DNA of 64,000 nt from sequence record PQ066597.1. One strand, 5' to 3'. The notes under the pieces are model-generated. The model saw nothing but the letters and a program-made list of their open reading frames with translations. It was not told the origin of the DNA and did no database searches. The translations under genes and the position numbers were made by a program. This document shows, piece after piece, positions 16,205 to 25,392 of this stretch. Each line of letters opens with the position of its first letter. The first letter of the stretch is position 1.

Positions 16205-16581
16205 CGTTCCCTTTTATTCAATCCATATGCGATTGTGTTTTCGATAATGTTATACTGGCGAATTTCTGATTTACGTTTGATCTCTTCCAAACGGGGTATC
16301 AATTCTTTTTTCTCATCCCGGTTGAATTGGTCTTTATGTAAAATACCACGTTCATTCATCTCATGAATCAAAACGTTACCTTGACGATAAACCAATTTTA
16401 TTTCATGTGGCTTGAATCGTCTTGGTAGGTTTGGTTCTTCGATTTCAAAAGTAAAGATTAAACCATCAACATCGTTTTTTCTTGACAGATTCCATGTATA
16501 CGGGTCGTTGTCTATTACTTCGATAATCTTTTTCGCCAACGGTCTGATATTCGGTACATGTTTTTTGAACAACCAAAACAT
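16195..16581 (-). CDS. hypothetical protein
   Basis: Tiled ORF; weak paralog of 16819-17214. Confidence 0.8.
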   Translation of the reverse strand: MFWLFKKHVPNIRPLAKKIIEVIDNDPYTWNLSRKNDVDGLIFTFEIEEPNLPRRFKPHEIKLVYRQGNVLIHEMNERGILHKDQFNRDEKKELIPRLEEIKRKSEIRQYNIIENTIAYGLNKRERWK

Positions 16582-16582
16582 A

Positions 16583-16810
16583 TCACATCACCTCTGGTTG
16601 TGTAAATACAGCTCGATATTTCTGTTGAAGACTACGAACTGATACAATCATTGGGGTTTCTGTGTTGCTTTTGAAGTCTTTTACCATCAAAGAACCCATA
16701 CCACCACGGGACATAACAACCCCCTTTTGGAAATGTTCACCGACTACCCAACCCTTACCTTCGAGAACATATACAAGTGCTTCTGAAAAAGTCATATCAA
16801 ATTTCATCAT
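16583..16810 (-). CDS. hypothetical protein
   Basis: MTFSEAL N-terminus common in small phage proteins. Confidence 0.8.
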   Translation of the reverse strand: MMKFDMTFSEALVYVLEGKGWVVGEHFQKGVVMSRGGMGSLMVKDFKSNTETPMIVSVRSLQQKYRAVFTQPEVM

Positions 16811-16818
16811 AATATTCC

Positions 16819-17214
16819 TTACTTTAGTTCCGTTTCAAGAAAGTTTTTAAACTCTTCTTTTCTCTTCTTTTCCTCTACGCGAGAGGACAAATTTCTCAGA
16901 GCTGTTAGAATTCGGTCTTTCTCTTTTTCATTGAAAATATCATTAATTTTACCATCGTCATCATACATGATTGAAATAGAGATGTAAATACCCCATACCA
17001 ACTTAACACCATCACCTATAACAAAAGATGTTGCGGTTCGGTCTGTGTGTTTACGGCTAAGGTCATCACAATTATCAATGATCTCAACAATCTTATCTAC
17101 TTTTTCTTGGAGGGGTGTTGGTGTGACCGGATTGACAACATCCCAATATTGAGGCTGCTTTTCTGAATTCAAAAGCTTAGAAATCCAATCCCAACATCTA
17201 CCCTTACCTTGCAT
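16819..17214 (-). CDS. hypothetical protein
   Basis: Start re-called at MQGKG (GAGG RBS). Confidence 0.75.
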   Translation of the reverse strand: MQGKGRCWDWISKLLNSEKQPQYWDVVNPVTPTPLQEKVDKIVEIIDNCDDLSRKHTDRTATSFVIGDGVKLVWGIYISISIMYDDDGKINDIFNEKEKDRILTALRNLSSRVEEKKRKEEFKNFLETELK

Positions 17215-17218
17215 ATCA

Positions 17219-17395
17219 CTACACCTCTTCAAAAATTTTCAGGTCTGAAACAAACTTAATGTGTTTGTTATCAAGAAGATACTGACCAATCCCTTTTTCG
17301 GCGGCATACTTATCTACCGCACGATACTCACGGGTTTCGTCATACACTTGGTCGTCTTGACCAACATAAACAACCTTAAACATATATTCTTTCAT
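17219..17395 (-). CDS. hypothetical early protein (58 aa, not in ORF track)
   Basis: MKEYMFKVVYVG...IFEEV; GGGAG RBS; first ORF after promoter 17423-17451. Confidence 0.75.
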   Translation of the reverse strand: MKEYMFKVVYVGQDDQVYDETREYRAVDKYAAEKGIGQYLLDNKHIKFVSDLKIFEEV

Positions 17396-17422
17396 ATCTA
17401 TCTCCCTTGTTTTGATACAGCT

Positions 17423-17451
17423 ATATTCTCATAATTTAAATTTCAAGTCAA
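17423..17451 (-). promoter_or_regulatory. sigma70-like early promoter
   Basis: TTGACT-N17-GAATAT with TG extension. Confidence 0.7.
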
Positions 17452-17774
17452 CTGATGTATCCAAACTTTTTCAGTAATTTAAAAACTGGCTCATCACCTG
17501 CCTTCGGGTTCCGCCAGCATTCATCACCACGAACCCATACGCGGGGCAAATGAAGAACCGGGTCGACGATTTCACCATGATATAGAGTTACCAATACCAA
17601 TGATGTGTCTACCTTAATCGAGTTATCCAAAGATAAGGCAGCGATTCCGAATTTTTCTTCGAAATCAAACACATCGCCCATATTTTCAGAAACCACATAG
17701 TATTTCCAACCAATGTTTTTCATACCACCTCTCACAAAACAAATCCTATACCACATAGGGTACAGGATTTTCAT
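17448..17774 (-). CDS. hypothetical protein
   Basis: Tiled ORF; start may be internal MKNIG. Confidence 0.7.
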   Translation of the reverse strand: MKILYPMWYRICFVRGGMKNIGWKYYVVSENMGDVFDFEEKFGIAALSLDNSIKVDTSLVLVTLYHGEIVDPVLHLPRVWVRGDECWRNPKAGDEPVFKLLKKFGYIS

Positions 17775-17780
17775 TTATAG

Positions 17781-18053
17781 TCAATCAATTTTTGGATATT
17801 TCGGTACTGTTTTATCCACCCATTCACATTGATAAACCCTTTCGGTTTTCACATCGTATTTTTCTGGGATCAGTTCTTTTCCGAACGACACCCATAACGT
17901 GATCCACAGAACATATCCAGCCGCTTGATACCAAGTCACATCTTTATTAAAGAAAATCTGTCTGAGTGCCAAAACAAGCAACGGAAGAAGAAACCCAACA
18001 CAAACAATACCAATTGACCACCACATACGAACTTCTAAGATTGGGTCCATCAT
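17781..18053 (-). CDS. membrane protein
   Basis: Two hydrophobic segments. Confidence 0.75.
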   Translation of the reverse strand: MMDPILEVRMWWSIGIVCVGFLLPLLVLALRQIFFNKDVTWYQAAGYVLWITLWVSFGKELIPEKYDVKTERVYQCEWVDKTVPKYPKID

Positions 18054-18355
18054 TTCATACCCTCAATACGAGATTTCAAAACCATCAACGCCTCTTCTTG
18101 GTTCTTGAGGTCAATAGGACGATTGTGGTTGTTATACATATCCCATAAGATTTTACAGGATTCCTCACCGAACACATTATCGAAGATCCTAGGACTTTCA
18201 CCACAGTCGATTAAAGATATAGATTTTTCTTCTTTGTCGAAATAGATTCTAGTAGATTCATCGAGTTTCAAAACATTGTTAAGCATCCAACTAATCTTAC
18301 CATTGGCTTCTGCAAAGAACAACCATTTTATAATCTCATTTTCAATATTTTTCAT
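18050..18355 (-). CDS. hypothetical protein
   Basis: Tiled ORF, ATGA overlaps. Confidence 0.8.
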   Translation of the reverse strand: MKNIENEIIKWLFFAEANGKISWMLNNVLKLDESTRIYFDKEEKSISLIDCGESPRIFDNVFGEESCKILWDMYNNHNRPIDLKNQEEALMVLKSRIEGMK

Positions 18356-18552
18356 TCAGGAACCACCCATTGAATTTCCAATCGAGAATAAAATTCATTA
18401 TTGAGATCTACAACACACCATCCATCAAGGTCGTCCCAATATTCTATATCATCTAGATTGATGCGCCACTTTTCTGACTCTATGCGACCTTCTCCATCAG
18501 TCCAAACCGCAATACAGTATCCCTCTCCGGGCATGATATTAGTTAGTTTCAT
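18352..18552 (-). CDS. hypothetical protein
   Basis: GAGG RBS; follows promoter 18590-18618. Confidence 0.8.
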   Translation of the reverse strand: MKLTNIMPGEGYCIAVWTDGEGRIESEKWRINLDDIEYWDDLDGWCVVDLNNEFYSRLEIQWVVPE

Positions 18553-18589
18553 TTTCGTATCCTCAGTAAGTAAAAACCCTATACCAGAG

Positions 18590-18618
18590 ATGATATAGGG
18601 TTTTGATTATACAGTCAA
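18590..18618 (-). promoter_or_regulatory. sigma70-like early promoter overlapping a terminator
   Basis: TTGACT-N17-TATCAT; AAAACCCTAT/ATAGGGTTTT stem 18573-18604 with U-tract. Confidence 0.6.
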
Positions 18619-18619
18619 C

Positions 18620-18823
18620 TTATTTTTTGGCGCTACCGTTGGTTCCCATCACGTCGCTCTGGACTCGTGAAATGTTATCCAAAGGAACCATAACAAACAC
18701 ATCAGAAAATCTGTGGTGATTCATTTCCCGTGTACCAACAATCATCATACCATTTTCAAGTTTAACCATTATATTGGTTTCTGGTAATGTGATTGTATTC
18801 CCGTCCTTTTGATAGATAATCAT
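18620..18823 (-). CDS. hypothetical protein
   Basis: Tiled minus-strand ORF. Confidence 0.75.
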   Translation of the reverse strand: MIIYQKDGNTITLPETNIMVKLENGMMIVGTREMNHHRFSDVFVMVPLDNISRVQSDVMGTNGSAKK

Positions 18824-18824
18824 A

Positions 18825-20003
18825 TTAGCCCCATTTAGTTGGAATAAATTCTTCTGGATACTTGATAATGACTGCCATAATCTCTGGCATCACTTCCAGA
18901 TCTGGTGCTTGGAACATCTTCATCACGATGTTAAAGAACATACGGTCTTGTTTGAATGTGTTCTGCATGGAGATTGCGTATTCGCGTCGTTCCATTCCAG
19001 CACAAGCCTTATGAGCCTCTCGGATCTTGGTATAAGTTGAGCCAGCAACACTAACCACATGATCTTCGAATTCTTGGATTTTTGTTAGAGATAACGAATC
19101 ATCCAAAAACAGTTGACGTAAGTCATCTGACACACCTTGAGCAACTGCAATCACCAAATCCTTGTTGTTGGTAATGGAGTCTTTCAGCTTGTGGCGAGCC
19201 ACATATGATGTGGTCTTGATCTTAACTCGGCTACCATCTTTCATAACCAGAATGTATCCTTCGATCCCAGTTTCGTTGTACATGTTCGAAATCGCGGCAT
19301 TAACATCCGTACCTTCTTCAAACATGAACTGATCTACTGCATACTTGCGGAACACAGGAGACCGAATCAACTTGTTGTTTGAGTAATATTCCCCAGTATC
19401 ACGATGGCGGACGTTCAGGATCTTGAGGCTTTCTTCTGGATACATAATAACAATCTGGTTCTTCGGAGAACACCATTCCAGATTCACAGTATACCCTGCC
19501 TCTTCGCAATCGATAATGAAGTCCAAAAGGTCTGTGTGGTTCACCAACCAACGATTCGCGTCATTTGCCTGATCACTATTAATTGAGGTCTTGCTTTTAA
19601 GCATGTAATTAATGCGATTGTCGTCTTCTGGGTCGATGAAGTGGTAAGAACTCATCAAACTACCATCTGCTTTATCTTCATATCGGTCGATATTAGAATA
19701 ATCCAATTCCAGTTTATCGAGACCAACGACACCGGAATTTGTTAAGTTCCATGCTTGGCGTTCTGCCAAGTTGAAAAACTTCTCCATGGGTCGAGATGCG
19801 ATCCGGTACGGTTCACCGTTAATCAGCTCGAACATGATACCGCGACACTCTAGAGCGTCTGGGAGCATCCATTGGGTTAATCCTGCGATGTGATAGGAGA
19901 ATACCCGAAAATGGTTTCCAATGGAAGACCAATGGTCTCGGAAAAAGAAACAATCTCCATGTTCTTCGGTTAGCTTCAACAGGTTGTTATAAAGTTCTTT
20001 CAT
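18825..20003 (-). CDS. rnlA: RNA ligase 1 (T4 gp63/RnlA family)
   Basis: ECRG, SRPMEKFFN, KADGS (motif I), KSK, TVNLE, EGYIL, VKIK motifs. Confidence 0.95.
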   Translation of the reverse strand: MKELYNNLLKLTEEHGDCFFFRDHWSSIGNHFRVFSYHIAGLTQWMLPDALECRGIMFELINGEPYRIASRPMEKFFNLAERQAWNLTNSGVVGLDKLELDYSNIDRYEDKADGSLMSSYHFIDPEDDNRINYMLKSKTSINSDQANDANRWLVNHTDLLDFIIDCEEAGYTVNLEWCSPKNQIVIMYPEESLKILNVRHRDTGEYYSNNKLIRSPVFRKYAVDQFMFEEGTDVNAAISNMYNETGIEGYILVMKDGSRVKIKTTSYVARHKLKDSITNNKDLVIAVAQGVSDDLRQLFLDDSLSLTKIQEFEDHVVSVAGSTYTKIREAHKACAGMERREYAISMQNTFKQDRMFFNIVMKMFQAPDLEVMPEIMAVIIKYPEEFIPTKWG

Positions 20004-20182
20004 TCTGTAATCCCCAAATTGATAGTATTAAGATCTTTCAGTTCAGTTTCGGACAATTCGAATGTGGCACACCCAACCTTTTTAGCTTGAGTCAAACGAG
20101 TCATGATATCGGCAGATCGTGCGATAATAAGAGTGATAGTTTCCAAATGTTCTACGTCTAGATTTGTCAAGTCAATTTTCAT
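20000..20182 (-). CDS. hypothetical protein
   Basis: Tiled ORF, ATGA overlaps. Confidence 0.75.
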   Translation of the reverse strand: MKIDLTNLDVEHLETITLIIARSADIMTRLTQAKKVGCATFELSETELKDLNTINLGITE

Positions 20183-20454
20183 AGAGCGTCCATAATAGTT
20201 TGGGTATCCATAGCCGCCAACAATTCAGATTCTCCGAAATGGGCTAGAATATCTTGAATGGTGAAGTAACTTAATACGTCGGAATCACCAAAATGGCTGA
20301 TAAATTCAGATATGGAAATTGAATTCATTACTGGTTCTGGGTCTACCCGATCTAAAGTCAAGTAAATGTATGGGTCGTGTCCATATCCACCAGAAATTTC
20401 AACACCACGAGCTTCTAATTCTACATTAATTCTATTCATATTAAATCCATTCAT
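20179..20454 (-). CDS. hypothetical protein
   Basis: Tiled minus-strand ORF. Confidence 0.75.
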   Translation of the reverse strand: MNGFNMNRINVELEARGVEISGGYGHDPYIYLTLDRVDPEPVMNSISISEFISHFGDSDVLSYFTIQDILAHFGESELLAAMDTQTIMDAL

Positions 20455-20620
20455 GGATCAGGTTATATTCTTCTTTTGTTAGAATAACCTGAGTTGTTTT
20501 CTTATTGAACCATGGGTAATAAATCCATGTATACAAAGCAAATTGTTCATATGTCATAATGTTTTCAAGATCGTCTGGATTTGTCAATTTTGCATTTTTA
20601 AGGTCAATTACAATTTGCAT
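20441..20620 (-). CDS. hypothetical protein (59 aa, not in ORF track)
   Basis: MQIVIDLKNAK...LIHEWI fills the gap between tiled genes. Confidence 0.65.
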   Translation of the reverse strand: MQIVIDLKNAKLTNPDDLENIMTYEQFALYTWIYYPWFNKKTTQVILTKEEYNLIHEWI

Positions 20621-20819
20621 TTAGGATATACCTTTCAATAATTTGTAGTTCTACGATGTCAACCAATATAGTATCCACCAATGGAGACTTCAAAGCAGCA
20701 ACCAACTTCAACAGGATATATTTTTCATCTGCGGTTGGGGTATCACTTTGAATAGTACGTTGGATCCACTCAAGTTCGGTGTTTTCCAAAACATATTCTA
20801 ATTTAATTTCATACTTCAT
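20604..20819 (-). CDS. hypothetical protein
   Basis: Start re-called at MKYEIK. Confidence 0.7.
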   Translation of the reverse strand: MKYEIKLEYVLENTELEWIQRTIQSDTPTADEKYILLKLVAALKSPLVDTILVDIVELQIIERYILNANCN

Positions 20820-20821
20820 AC

Positions 20822-21043
20822 TTACAGATCCAATGCATGAACCCAAGAACCAATCAGATACACAGTTCCGGTTTCTGTTTTTACATAACGAACTTCCCCA
20901 TCAACTTCAATCTTTTCTGTGATTGGTGAAGTTACAATACTGTCTCCATTTTCAAACCGGGTTAGACAATCGTCATAGATAAGACCAGAAAGACGATTTC
21001 CGGGTACTGGACGGACTTTAGAAAGTGTTGCGTGGTGTTTCAT
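20822..21043 (-). CDS. hypothetical protein, paralog of 22000-22236
   Basis: GxIxxDxxxRFxxGxxIVTS...TxxGTVY motif. Confidence 0.8.
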   Translation of the reverse strand: MKHHATLSKVRPVPGNRLSGLIYDDCLTRFENGDSIVTSPITEKIEVDGEVRYVKTETGTVYLIGSWVHALDL

Positions 21044-21046
21044 CTC

Positions 21047-21325
21047 TTATTCCTCAAATGATTTTAGAAACTTGATAATGTCAGAACGGATCTCTTTTTG
21101 AAATGACGAAGTTGGGTTATACGGATCAAAATCACAAAGGTCGTAATTTGTCTCTTTCCATGGGTATTCACAAGCCCACGAAAGCATACCTTTATTAATA
21201 CCATTATTTACGTAAAAATGATATTTTCCTTCATAACAACGCACTTCCATTAGGTATTTGATGAATTCTTCTGGTGCGACTTCAAACCGATCCTTTATAA
21301 TTCGTTCACGATGGAAAGTAATCAT
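21047..21325 (-). CDS. hypothetical protein
   Basis: Tiled minus-strand ORF. Confidence 0.8.
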   Translation of the reverse strand: MITFHRERIIKDRFEVAPEEFIKYLMEVRCYEGKYHFYVNNGINKGMLSWACEYPWKETNYDLCDFDPYNPTSSFQKEIRSDIIKFLKSFEE

Positions 21326-21591
21326 ACCAAATTCTCCGCCTGTTTACGCATAAGTTCAAACCGACGTTTCGTGTCTTCTTCTGTAATTTCAGGAAACCCG
21401 ATAACGAATTTAATATCACCTCGTTCCCGAGCTTTCTTGAGAACCATACCCATAATATCAGACTTACCCATATGGCTACCAAGAGAAGGGATATAGTCGA
21501 TAACTTTTCCTAACGGTAAACCACCTTTCGGGAAATGGTTAGTAGGGTACATAAACTGGACGTCCATATCAACGAAAAAATCTTTTGTCAT
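21322..21591 (-). CDS. hypothetical protein
   Basis: Start re-called at MTKDF (GAGG RBS). Confidence 0.7.
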   Translation of the reverse strand: MTKDFFVDMDVQFMYPTNHFPKGGLPLGKVIDYIPSLGSHMGKSDIMGMVLKKARERGDIKFVIGFPEITEEDTKRRFELMRKQAENLV

Positions 21592-21601
21592 AACAAATAC
21601 C

Positions 21602-21958
21602 TCATATATCAAATAGTTTGTCTAGAGACGGTTCAAACAACTTGTTGACCACATAAGCCAGAATATCAGCGTGACATAGTTTAGGTTTACAACAACACCC
21701 TAAACGCTTACCTTCAAGTTCTTTGAAATCTTCACGAGTAAGGTTACCTGTTCGTATCTGTTCTGTCAACCAGTTTTTATATTTCTCTAAAACAACCTCC
21801 CTATCTTCTTCTCGACGTAAGGGGAAGGGATTCCCCCACTTAGAAGGACGCATAACAACGACGTCACAAGGTTCTTTATTCAGGTTTACTGCGCGACATC
21901 TATTCATCACGGTCGTGTTCATATATAGACATTGGTGCTTGTCCCCAGCACCCAACAA
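21602..21958 (-). CDS. DUF4326-like protein
   Basis: RPSKWGNPF and LGCCCKPKLCHADIL motifs; start uncertain. Confidence 0.8.
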   Translation of the reverse strand: MLGAGDKHQCLYMNTTVMNRCRAVNLNKEPCDVVVMRPSKWGNPFPLRREEDREVVLEKYKNWLTEQIRTGNLTREDFKELEGKRLGCCCKPKLCHADILAYVVNKLFEPSLDKLFDI

Positions 21959-21999
21959 ATAGAATAACCAGAAAAATGGTTACGACCAATATATATATT

Positions 22000-22236
22000 T
22001 CATACGTCACTATTATCCTGCATATCGCCATACACCAGTTTATAAACTGTTCCTGACTTGGTTACAATATGGGTTGTTACATCGTTACAATCCCGAATAT
22101 ATTCAATGATAAAAGAGGTAACTATTTGCTCCCCGTCATCAAAACGATTTTTGGTATCACCAAAAATATAACCAAGTGCTTTGTTTTCGTTAAACGGATA
22201 TGGAGACGAGTTTTTTAAAATCGCATCGTGTTTCAT
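22000..22236 (-). CDS. hypothetical protein, paralog of 20822-21043
   Basis: GYIFGDTKNRFDDGEQIVTS...TKSGTVY. Confidence 0.8.
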   Translation of the reverse strand: MKHDAILKNSSPYPFNENKALGYIFGDTKNRFDDGEQIVTSFIIEYIRDCNDVTTHIVTKSGTVYKLVYGDMQDNSDV

Positions 22237-22475
22237 TCTTCTACCTCAATCAAACAGTCTTCTTCATCTGGATAGCAATTATCGATGTTATTGGGCCATT
22301 TAACCCAAGTCCAACCCGTTGGGTCAGGCCAAAACCCAGATAATTGGTATTCCGGAACCGGAATAACAACACCAATTACATCAATTGGATTCGACTCTCC
22401 ACCGTTACCATCGTATGCCCAACGGCTTTTTGGATCCAATTTTACTAAAGTACCAGTTTTAATATCTTTGTTCAT
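22233..22475 (-). CDS. hypothetical protein (SH3-like small beta protein)
   Basis: SNP...G.V...WVKW.N...N.Y pattern. Confidence 0.75.
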   Translation of the reverse strand: MNKDIKTGTLVKLDPKSRWAYDGNGGESNPIDVIGVVIPVPEYQLSGFWPDPTGWTWVKWPNNIDNCYPDEEDCLIEVEE

Positions 22476-22477
22476 TT

Positions 22478-22816
22478 TTAACTCTCCGAATATACTTCAA
22501 CAGAAAACGGTTCGTCGTCAATGTGGATAACATGGTTTAGTTGACCAAAATAATCACAAATGGCACAAATCTTTTCTTCGTTAACTCCATATAGAACGAG
22601 TTCCCAACGACTGTACCCATACTCACTTTCGGGATAATAAGAATTGTACTTAACTTCTGTTTGTACTGTAGCCAACATGGATGCAATACTGTGAAGTACG
22701 TATTCTTGTTTATCCTTATCTTCTAATCCGGATTCGATGTATGCAAAGGTCTTACCACCGGCTTTGTCTTCGTAACCTTCGAAGTCATCCCAGATATTAA
22801 TATCGATAATCTTCAT
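22478..22816 (-). CDS. hypothetical protein
   Basis: Tiled minus-strand ORF. Confidence 0.8.
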   Translation of the reverse strand: MKIIDINIWDDFEGYEDKAGGKTFAYIESGLEDKDKQEYVLHSIASMLATVQTEVKYNSYYPESEYGYSRWELVLYGVNEEKICAICDYFGQLNHVIHIDDEPFSVEVYSES

Positions 22817-22817
22817 A

Positions 22818-23192
22818 TCAATCCCCGTTAAAATGTACGTTCCAAACAGGACGATATTCCCGAATCAACCTCTGTTCGTCCATATCCAACATCATACTAG
22901 AAGAACGGAAAACATACAACCACAAATTCCCCTTGTTGATAGTCTCCACCATCTTTTTGTTCTTATCGACATTAGATTGTCTGGCGTTTCTCCAATTTAC
23001 ACAATTCCTATACGTATCGAATCTCTTCCATAGATCATTTGCTTTACCAATGTAGAGAATTTTAGATCCTCTTACAAATGCGTATACCACATTTTGGTAA
23101 TAAGTTGGGACTAGCATATCCCTTGATAACAAACCCTGATCGTCTAGATACAACTTCGATATCTTCTTAAACCCCGGAAGCATATCATTCAC
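22818..23192 (-). CDS. denA: endonuclease II (GIY-YIG)
   Basis: NVVYAF-x6-LYIGKA-x4-KRFDTY; stand-alone 124 aa; synteny upstream of rnlA. Confidence 0.8.
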   Translation of the reverse strand: MNDMLPGFKKISKLYLDDQGLLSRDMLVPTYYQNVVYAFVRGSKILYIGKANDLWKRFDTYRNCVNWRNARQSNVDKNKKMVETINKGNLWLYVFRSSSMMLDMDEQRLIREYRPVWNVHFNGD

Positions 23193-23511
23193 CCTTAAAA
23201 CTTCTACACATCTTATATTTCACGATCTGATAATTGAGACATGAGGTATAGATTAAATGGATCTCATGGCGAATTGATTGAGTCAGAGGAATTTCGACAT
23301 CTTGTAATTTACAAAATTCAGAATGATAAATTTCCTGAATGTAACCACTACGTGTTAAATCATAAAAAGCCGCCTGCAACGGTCCCTCTATTTCGTTCTT
23401 AGGTAGGTTGTCGAAAATAGACAAAGCAGAAACTATACGTTCCTCCATGATTTTAGCAATAATCATTCCATTTTCATTCATACAACATTTTTCAGTATCA
23501 TGATAAATCAT
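23185..23511 (-). CDS. hypothetical protein
   Basis: Tiled minus-strand ORF. Confidence 0.75.
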   Translation of the reverse strand: MIYHDTEKCCMNENGMIIAKIMEERIVSALSIFDNLPKNEIEGPLQAAFYDLTRSGYIQEIYHSEFCKLQDVEIPLTQSIRHEIHLIYTSCLNYQIVKYKMCRSFKGE

Positions 23512-23854
23512 TTTTCTTTTTATTCCTAATATCAGAGCGACGAAACAACCGAGTGGAAATATTAAAATTTACCAATTCCAAAGTATATTGTTCATAAATC
23601 CAATAATACAAATCATCAACGTTAACATCCGGGTATAATTTTAATACTTCATCGCTAATTTCATCTATAACCTGATCGGTTGGTTTATAGATATAAAATA
23701 GTTTTGATAACTCGATGACAAATTTTTCATTGTCCTCAATGGCGTTCAATTCCGATTTGTGCTTTTCCATTCTGGATCGAACGTGCTCATCAATAATAGG
23801 GAGTATATCCCTTGATTCCACACTATATTCACCAGACTCTCTTGAAAATTTCAT
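23498..23854 (-). CDS. hypothetical protein
   Basis: Tiled minus-strand ORF. Confidence 0.8.
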   Translation of the reverse strand: MKFSRESGEYSVESRDILPIIDEHVRSRMEKHKSELNAIEDNEKFVIELSKLFYIYKPTDQVIDEISDEVLKLYPDVNVDDLYYWIYEQYTLELVNFNISTRLFRRSDIRNKKKNDLS

Positions 23855-24324
23855 TTTAGCATCCTTATAGCCTCTTTGGCTTTTTCAGAAGACAACCCCT
23901 CTCTATGGATCTTTACCAAATGACTATGGTCATATCGAAGGTCATCAATAATAACGTATTTCTCAACACCCCTAACTTTAGCATACTCTTCTGCACAAGT
24001 AAACCGATATTCACCACCACCTGTATAGCCGATTACCCCGTCCAGTTTAAGACCGGTGATTTCAGTGAAAACTGTAGAACCAACACAGTCAACAACACCA
24101 CCCCGAAACCAAGAAGAGATCCCGATTAGTTTAACGTCGTCATAAGCTCTCAGAACGTCGTACAGGTTGTTTAACATCCATGGGCATATAAGGTATATGA
24201 TTCCATCAACAACCTCCCATACCGCTTCTGACGAGACATATGACGACGTTTGGTTTGTGTGGGTAACCTCCGAAGTTTCGTAGTTATTCAGAGGTCCATC
24301 AACATCTAAGAAAACATACCTCAT
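23851..24324 (-). CDS. HAD phosphatase (Swiss-army-knife RNA repair-like)
   Basis: FLDVDGPLN (DxDG), ISSW, YVIIDD motifs. Confidence 0.8.
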   Translation of the reverse strand: MRYVFLDVDGPLNNYETSEVTHTNQTSSYVSSEAVWEVVDGIIYLICPWMLNNLYDVLRAYDDVKLIGISSWFRGGVVDCVGSTVFTEITGLKLDGVIGYTGGGEYRFTCAEEYAKVRGVEKYVIIDDLRYDHSHLVKIHREGLSSEKAKEAIRMLK

Positions 24325-24983
24325 ACAAGAACCTGTGCTGCTAGGATCGCCGAGTGTCGCTTCAACTTGGTTTCCAAAGATTCGAATTTATACCAATCAG
24401 TCCATCGTGTCATTTCTTTACTTCCAATAGTACCAGTAAACCAATCTTCGATTAAAGGTGGATTATAAAATCCAGTGGAAATACTCATCCTAATTTTATG
24501 GCAAAAATAGAAAGTTGCGTAAAAGGTACGTTCTGAACCTAATTTCAAAGACCAGACTTTGGTTGTTGAAAAGAGCTTCATCATCTCAAATTGTGCATCC
24601 GGTACGAAGGAAAGAATAAAATACTTCTTGTGGTCGAATCCATCATCGACCAATGTCTTGTAAAGGTCAGATGCTACTTCAATCAACTCGCTTAGGTTAA
24701 CTTTCCAACAGTTCCCGAGGTCAATTACCCCGATATATGCTGGTGTAATATTTTTGTTTAAAATATTGAGAATTCTCTTCCCAGAATCGGTTTGTGTGAT
24801 GATGAAATCATAATCCCATAGACTGAAAATTGGAGCGCGGTTTACTGATTTTAGTTTTGATTCTATCGCTCGAACGTAAGACGATTCATGGTTTATCATA
24901 CTTTTGATACCAGCCATAGCAAGAGATAGACAGATCGGATAACCAAAATAGTCCGCAGTATCTTTATGGAGTTGTGTGTACAT
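24321..24983 (-). CDS. hypothetical protein
   Basis: Start re-called at MYTQL (GAGG RBS). Confidence 0.75.
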   Translation of the reverse strand: MYTQLHKDTADYFGYPICLSLAMAGIKSMINHESSYVRAIESKLKSVNRAPIFSLWDYDFIITQTDSGKRILNILNKNITPAYIGVIDLGNCWKVNLSELIEVASDLYKTLVDDGFDHKKYFILSFVPDAQFEMMKLFSTTKVWSLKLGSERTFYATFYFCHKIRMSISTGFYNPPLIEDWFTGTIGSKEMTRWTDWYKFESLETKLKRHSAILAAQVLV

Positions 24984-24984
24984 T

Positions 24985-25317
24985 TTATTCCTCGTCGTAA
25001 ACTGGTTCAACAATAATAGATTTACCGTACTTAGTAAATCCTTCTTTGGTGCTATACACCATATTTTTAAGATTACCCTTTATCCAACCGGTTTTTTGGT
25101 CTGGTGTACATTCGTTCCAAGAACTCATCAACCCGTCGGGATAGCAATTCTGGAAGTGATAAACTTCAACCGGTTTATCGTATTTGTTTTCCATATATGA
25201 AATGGAAGAATAGATCGAAGACTTATCATATTGGGTTGGGAAGATCCAGTTCTCAACATCACCAGTCTTCTTATTGAGTGAAACTATTAGGGTAACCGTG
25301 TTTACATTAATTTTCAT
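24985..25317 (-). CDS. hypothetical early protein
   Basis: Start re-called at MKINV (AAGGAG RBS) after promoter 25347-25375. Confidence 0.75.
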   Translation of the reverse strand: MKINVNTVTLIVSLNKKTGDVENWIFPTQYDKSSIYSSISYMENKYDKPVEVYHFQNCYPDGLMSSWNECTPDQKTGWIKGNLKNMVYSTKEGFTKYGKSIIVEPVYDEE

Positions 25318-25346
25318 GATACGTCTCCTTGTCTTTCTATACACAT

Positions 25347-25375
25347 AAGATACAGAAAAGCCGAAAGCGTGTCAA
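25347..25375 (-). promoter_or_regulatory. sigma70-like early promoter
   Basis: TTGACA-N17-TATCTT. Confidence 0.7.
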
Positions 25376-25386
25376 CACTTTCGGCT
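25354..25386 (-). terminator. td terminator overlapping promoter -35
   Basis: AGCCGAAAG/CTTTCGGCT 9-bp stem then TTTC. Confidence 0.7.
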
Positions 25387-25392
25387 AGATTT

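Noticed and set aside
22818-23192. GIY-YIG protein as a homing endonuclease
   Set aside because: No C-terminal DNA-binding domain; length, motif and position fit endonuclease II
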